A stretch of 64,000 nt of DNA from an uncultured Desulfospira sp. (lineage in GTDB: Bacteria > Desulfobacterota > Desulfobacteria > Desulfobacterales > Desulfobacteraceae). Shown one piece after another: positions 60,896-64,000 of the stretch. Position 1 is the stretch's first letter. Each line of letters opens with the position of its first letter. A program made the position numbers and the translations under genes. The notes under the pieces are model-generated. The model ran no database searches and was not told where the DNA came from. It saw only the letters and a program-made list of their open reading frames with translations. The stretch lies in the NCBI GenBank assembly GCA_963663165.1, contig OY760175.1, forward strand, positions 2,688,001 to 2,752,000. The letters run 5' to 3'.

Positions 60896-61132
60896 TTAGC
60901 TTCCGGTTCCCTTCCGGATACCAAGGCAGATACAATCGGGTTGTTTCCGGTGATATAGCAGTTCATCCTCTGACCGCAGGATGATGGTGGCCAGGGTTTT
61001 TGCCACCTCCTCATCTTTCAGGATGACCTCAAGACGTTCACCTTTTGCCATGGCGCTCAGACGGCTTTTGCACTTGAAAAGATCAAGGGGGGAAACAATG
61101 CCCCGCAAATCCAGAACAAGTTTTGCCGCCAT
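60896..61132 (-). CDS. TusA/SirA-like protein
   Basis: LDLRGIVSPL…M.KGE.LEV…IRK; AGGAGG RBS; the usual CP is SP here. Confidence 0.65.
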   Translation of the reverse strand: MAAKLVLDLRGIVSPLDLFKCKSRLSAMAKGERLEVILKDEEVAKTLATIILRSEDELLYHRKQPDCICLGIRKGTGS

Positions 61133-61174
61133 AAGGCCTCCTGTTAATGTCTTCAATCGTCCAACACCTGAATT

Positions 61175-61190
61175 AGCAATGGGTGTGCCA
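61175..61190 (-). promoter_or_regulatory. Sigma54 -24/-12 promoter
   Basis: TGGCAC-ACCCA-TTGCT on the minus strand, upstream of the tusA-like gene. Confidence 0.85.
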
Positions 61191-61251
61191 TGGCGAATTA
61201 AAATCATAAGTCGTTAATTTTGTATAAAATTTATAAAATCACACCCCCCAT

Positions 61252-61325
61252 GGTGTTAAAGCACATGTTAAAATTTGTTTTGACACATGTTAAAATTAAA
61301 CATATTTTTAACATGTGTTAAATTG
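61252..61325. promoter_or_regulatory. Putative enhancer (UAS) array
   Basis: Repeated (ACA)TGTTAAAA(TT) and inverted TTAACA units between the sigma54 promoter and the activator gene. Confidence 0.6.
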
Positions 61326-61368
61326 GCCGTTGCAAACATAAACAGGCTGCCGGATCAGGGGGGATGGA

Positions 61369-62766
61369 ATGGACGAACATGAGATGAACGTCTTCTGGAA
61401 AAAGATTGTGAACACCATCAACGACGGCCTGTTGTTCATTGGGCCGGACGGGTCCATTTTAATGGTGAACAAAGCCTTTGAAACCCTGACCGGGTATGCT
61501 TCGGATGAGGCCATCGGCATGTCCTGCCGGATCCTGGGGTGCGATGCCTGTGAACAGGCCCTGAAAACCGGCAAAACATCGGTCTGGTGCAAGTTGTTTG
61601 AACCGGGCCGGCAAGGGATGAACAAGTGCCGCTGTCTGCTCAGGCGAAAGGACGGCAGTTTTTTCCCGGTACTCAAAAATGCGTCCATCTTTAAAGATGA
61701 AAACGAGAATATACTGGGCGTTGTGGAGACCCTCACCGATATATCGGAAATAGAACGCCTGGATGAAAAGGTTCATATGCTGTCCCGTCAATACGGGAGG
61801 GACAGTGATTTTTACGGTATGGTGGGCAAATCACGGCAAATGGAGGCCGTGTTTGAAATGGTCCGCAAGGCTTCTGATTCGGCCGCCCCGGTGATCATCT
61901 TGGGGGAAAGCGGATCAGGCAAGGAGCTGGTGGCCGATGCCATCCACCTGTCCGGGGCCAGAAAAAAAGGCCCCTTTATCCGGCTCAACTGCGCGGCCCT
62001 GAACCCGTCGATTCTTGAAAGTGAGATGTTCGGCCATGCCAAAGGGGCTTTCACCGGGGCCTATGACAACCGCATCGGCCGGTTTGAGGCGGCGGACACG
62101 GGCAGCTTTTTTTTAGATGAAATCGGCGACATGCCCCTGCCCTTGCAGACCAAGCTGCTGCGGGTCCTTGAATCCGGGCAGTTTGAACGGGTAGGGGAGA
62201 TCGATCCCGTCCGGGTGGATGTCAGGATCATTACCGCCACCAACAAAAATCTGGAAGACCTGATCCAAAAAAATGAATTCCGGCAGGACCTGTTTTACCG
62301 GATCAATGTTTTGCCCATTCATCTGCCTCCCTTGAGGGAAAGAAAAGAGGACATCCCGTTGCTGGTCAACGCCTTTATCGGGCGGCTGAACCAGGCGTCG
62401 GGCAAAACCGTCACCAGGGTGAGCCGGGAGGCCATGGACCAGTTCATGGACCACACCTTTCCGGGCAATGTCCGGGAGTTAAAAAATGCTTTGGAGTACG
62501 CCTTTGTCACGGCCGACGGCCCGGTGATCCGTCTGGAACATCTGCCCAAATCCATGGCCCCGGCCGGGCCGGAACCACAGGTTTCTTTGCCGGAAACCAC
62601 CCCCCCGGAAAAGATTTTAGATGAAAAACAGCAGCTCATTAACGCCCTGAAAAAAACCAACGGAAATCAGACCCAGGCGGCCCGTCTGTTAAAGGTCAAC
62701 CGGGTCACGGTCTGGAACCGCATGAAAAAATACGGCATTGATCTTAAAAAAACATTGGCATGCTGA
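61369..62766 (+). CDS. PAS-containing sigma54-dependent activator
   Basis: PAS, GESGSGKE, GAFTGA, FLDEIG, FPGNVREL, Fis-type HTH. Confidence 0.95.
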   Translation: MDEHEMNVFWKKIVNTINDGLLFIGPDGSILMVNKAFETLTGYASDEAIGMSCRILGCDACEQALKTGKTSVWCKLFEPGRQGMNKCRCLLRRKDGSFFPVLKNASIFKDENENILGVVETLTDISEIERLDEKVHMLSRQYGRDSDFYGMVGKSRQMEAVFEMVRKASDSAAPVIILGESGSGKELVADAIHLSGARKKGPFIRLNCAALNPSILESEMFGHAKGAFTGAYDNRIGRFEAADTGSFFLDEIGDMPLPLQTKLLRVLESGQFERVGEIDPVRVDVRIITATNKNLEDLIQKNEFRQDLFYRINVLPIHLPPLRERKEDIPLLVNAFIGRLNQASGKTVTRVSREAMDQFMDHTFPGNVRELKNALEYAFVTADGPVIRLEHLPKSMAPAGPEPQVSLPETTPPEKILDEKQQLINALKKTNGNQTQAARLLKVNRVTVWNRMKKYGIDLKKTLAC

Positions 62767-62985
62767 TTTGTATCCCCAGGGGAAAAAGATAAATATGGCG
62801 AAAAGGACATAAAATAAAAATATGGCGTTTCCGACATAATGAGAAAGAGCCTTTCCAGATCCCCCGCATTTTCCTAATTCTATTCTAACGAAAATCAAAT
62901 TTATCCCGTATATGTTAAATCACGCTGTTTTGGCGTGGGGATGAGGGTGGTTTCCCTTTTTTCAATCACAAGTTGCGGGATGATA

Positions 62986-63585
62986 ATGAACCGGTATATC
63001 TTTATTTTTTTGGTCATGGTACTGGCCTTTGGGCTGTCAGGCTGTTTTATTCCTGAAACATTTGATGCCGCTATCCACGTGGCAAAGGATGGGTCGTATA
63101 CCTTCCAATACACCGGCACCCTGGCCTATGGCCCTGCGTTAAAACAAATACAGAAGGTTGCGCTCACCCCCGAAAACGAAACAAAGCTTAAGGCCATGGC
63201 AACAGAGTTAAAATGGCCCCCTGAATTTAAAACCGTCACCTATGAAGGGAACGCAAGATTTGCCGCACAGGTTGAAAAATCAGGGCAACCCAACGAAGAC
63301 TATATATTTATCAATAAAGATTTTTCCTTTCTTTCCATATCCCACGAGCCCGACGGTACCATAAAGGTCAGTTCAAAAAAATGTGAGGGTGAACAGCTCA
63401 AGATGCTAAAAAATATCCGCGCCCGGATAGACGGGCATCTGACCATATCTGTGAAAAGCCCCATGAAGGTGCTGGACCATAATGCCCGCAGATCTCCAAG
63501 ATTTTTGGGCCTTTTCGGGGATTATGAGTGGGACATTCAGTCATTTGAAGACCCGGTGTTGATGGTCATTAAACCGGCATCTTAA
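62986..63585 (+). CDS. Hypothetical lipoprotein
   Basis: Lipobox LSGC after a hydrophobic stretch. Confidence 0.7.
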   Translation: MNRYIFIFLVMVLAFGLSGCFIPETFDAAIHVAKDGSYTFQYTGTLAYGPALKQIQKVALTPENETKLKAMATELKWPPEFKTVTYEGNARFAAQVEKSGQPNEDYIFINKDFSFLSISHEPDGTIKVSSKKCEGEQLKMLKNIRARIDGHLTISVKSPMKVLDHNARRSPRFLGLFGDYEWDIQSFEDPVLMVIKPAS

Positions 63586-63782
63586 GGCAAAATAGTTTAA
63601 CCATAACCATCTGCTCACATAAACCAAATCACCATACCCTATAATCCTTGACGGCAAATAGATGTTTGCTGTTTTGCGCATGGTTTAATGTTCATTTTCA
63701 AATGTCTGAACGAAAGCTCGTGTTGGGCGGCTATAGATCGTCGTCGAAACACCAAACCAAAAAAGGAAAGGAGAGAAAATCA

Positions 63783-64000
63783 ATGTTTAACAAGTGTATT
63801 GCTGCTGCGGCTTTTTTAATCTGCCTGTCTGCCCCGTCAGTATGGGCGGCAGCCGCCAATTTTGCGGTCATTTCCGACCCCCATCTTTATGACACGGATT
63901 TAGGAACCACCGGAGAGGCCTTTGAAACCTATCTGGCCTCGGACCGGAAAATGCTCCGGGAGTCCGAAGCGATTCTGGCCTCAGCCTTAAAATCCATTAA
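63783..64000 (+). CDS. Secreted metallophosphoesterase, truncated by the window end
   Basis: Signal peptide, then FAVISDPH (DxH); GGAGAG RBS. Confidence 0.7.
   Translation, partial: MFNKCIAAAAFLICLSAPSVWAAAANFAVISDPHLYDTDLGTTGEAFETYLASDRKMLRESEAILASALKSI

Overview
The window looks like a sulfate-reducing deltaproteobacterial chromosome (Desulfobacteraceae-like; inferred from gene content). 1-22.8 kb is housekeeping: a DUF4340 protein, plsC, a receiver protein, the dcw cluster (mraZ-rsmH-ftsL-ftsI-murE/murF fusion-mraY-murD-ftsW-murG-murC-murB-ftsQ-ftsA-ftsZ, no ddl), a radical SAM gene and ppaC. 22.7-41.2 kb is an 18.4-kb element integrated into the 3' end of ppaC (80-bp direct repeat). It resembles a phage satellite: integrase, AlpA/Xis, an iteron-containing Rep, primase-helicase, a TerS-like HTH, a TA-like pair, a C4-type antisense RNA locus, and no capsid or tail genes. 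Four nested insertions sit in it (IS1634, a RIT-like triple recombinase element with cargo, IS200 and a 373-bp MITE). Removing them restores three interrupted reading frames. 41.4-64 kb holds selO, the methylmalonyl-CoA mutase genes, TetR, a secreted TSP3/Cys-rich protein and a sigma54-driven gene run: TusA-like, Fe-S subunit, NrfD, a 13-heme c3-OTR cytochrome with an in-frame UGA and SECIS-like hairpin (candidate selenoprotein), flavodoxin, ASKHA activator and an Acr3-Usp fusion. All family calls come from recognising motifs by eye; no database search was run.
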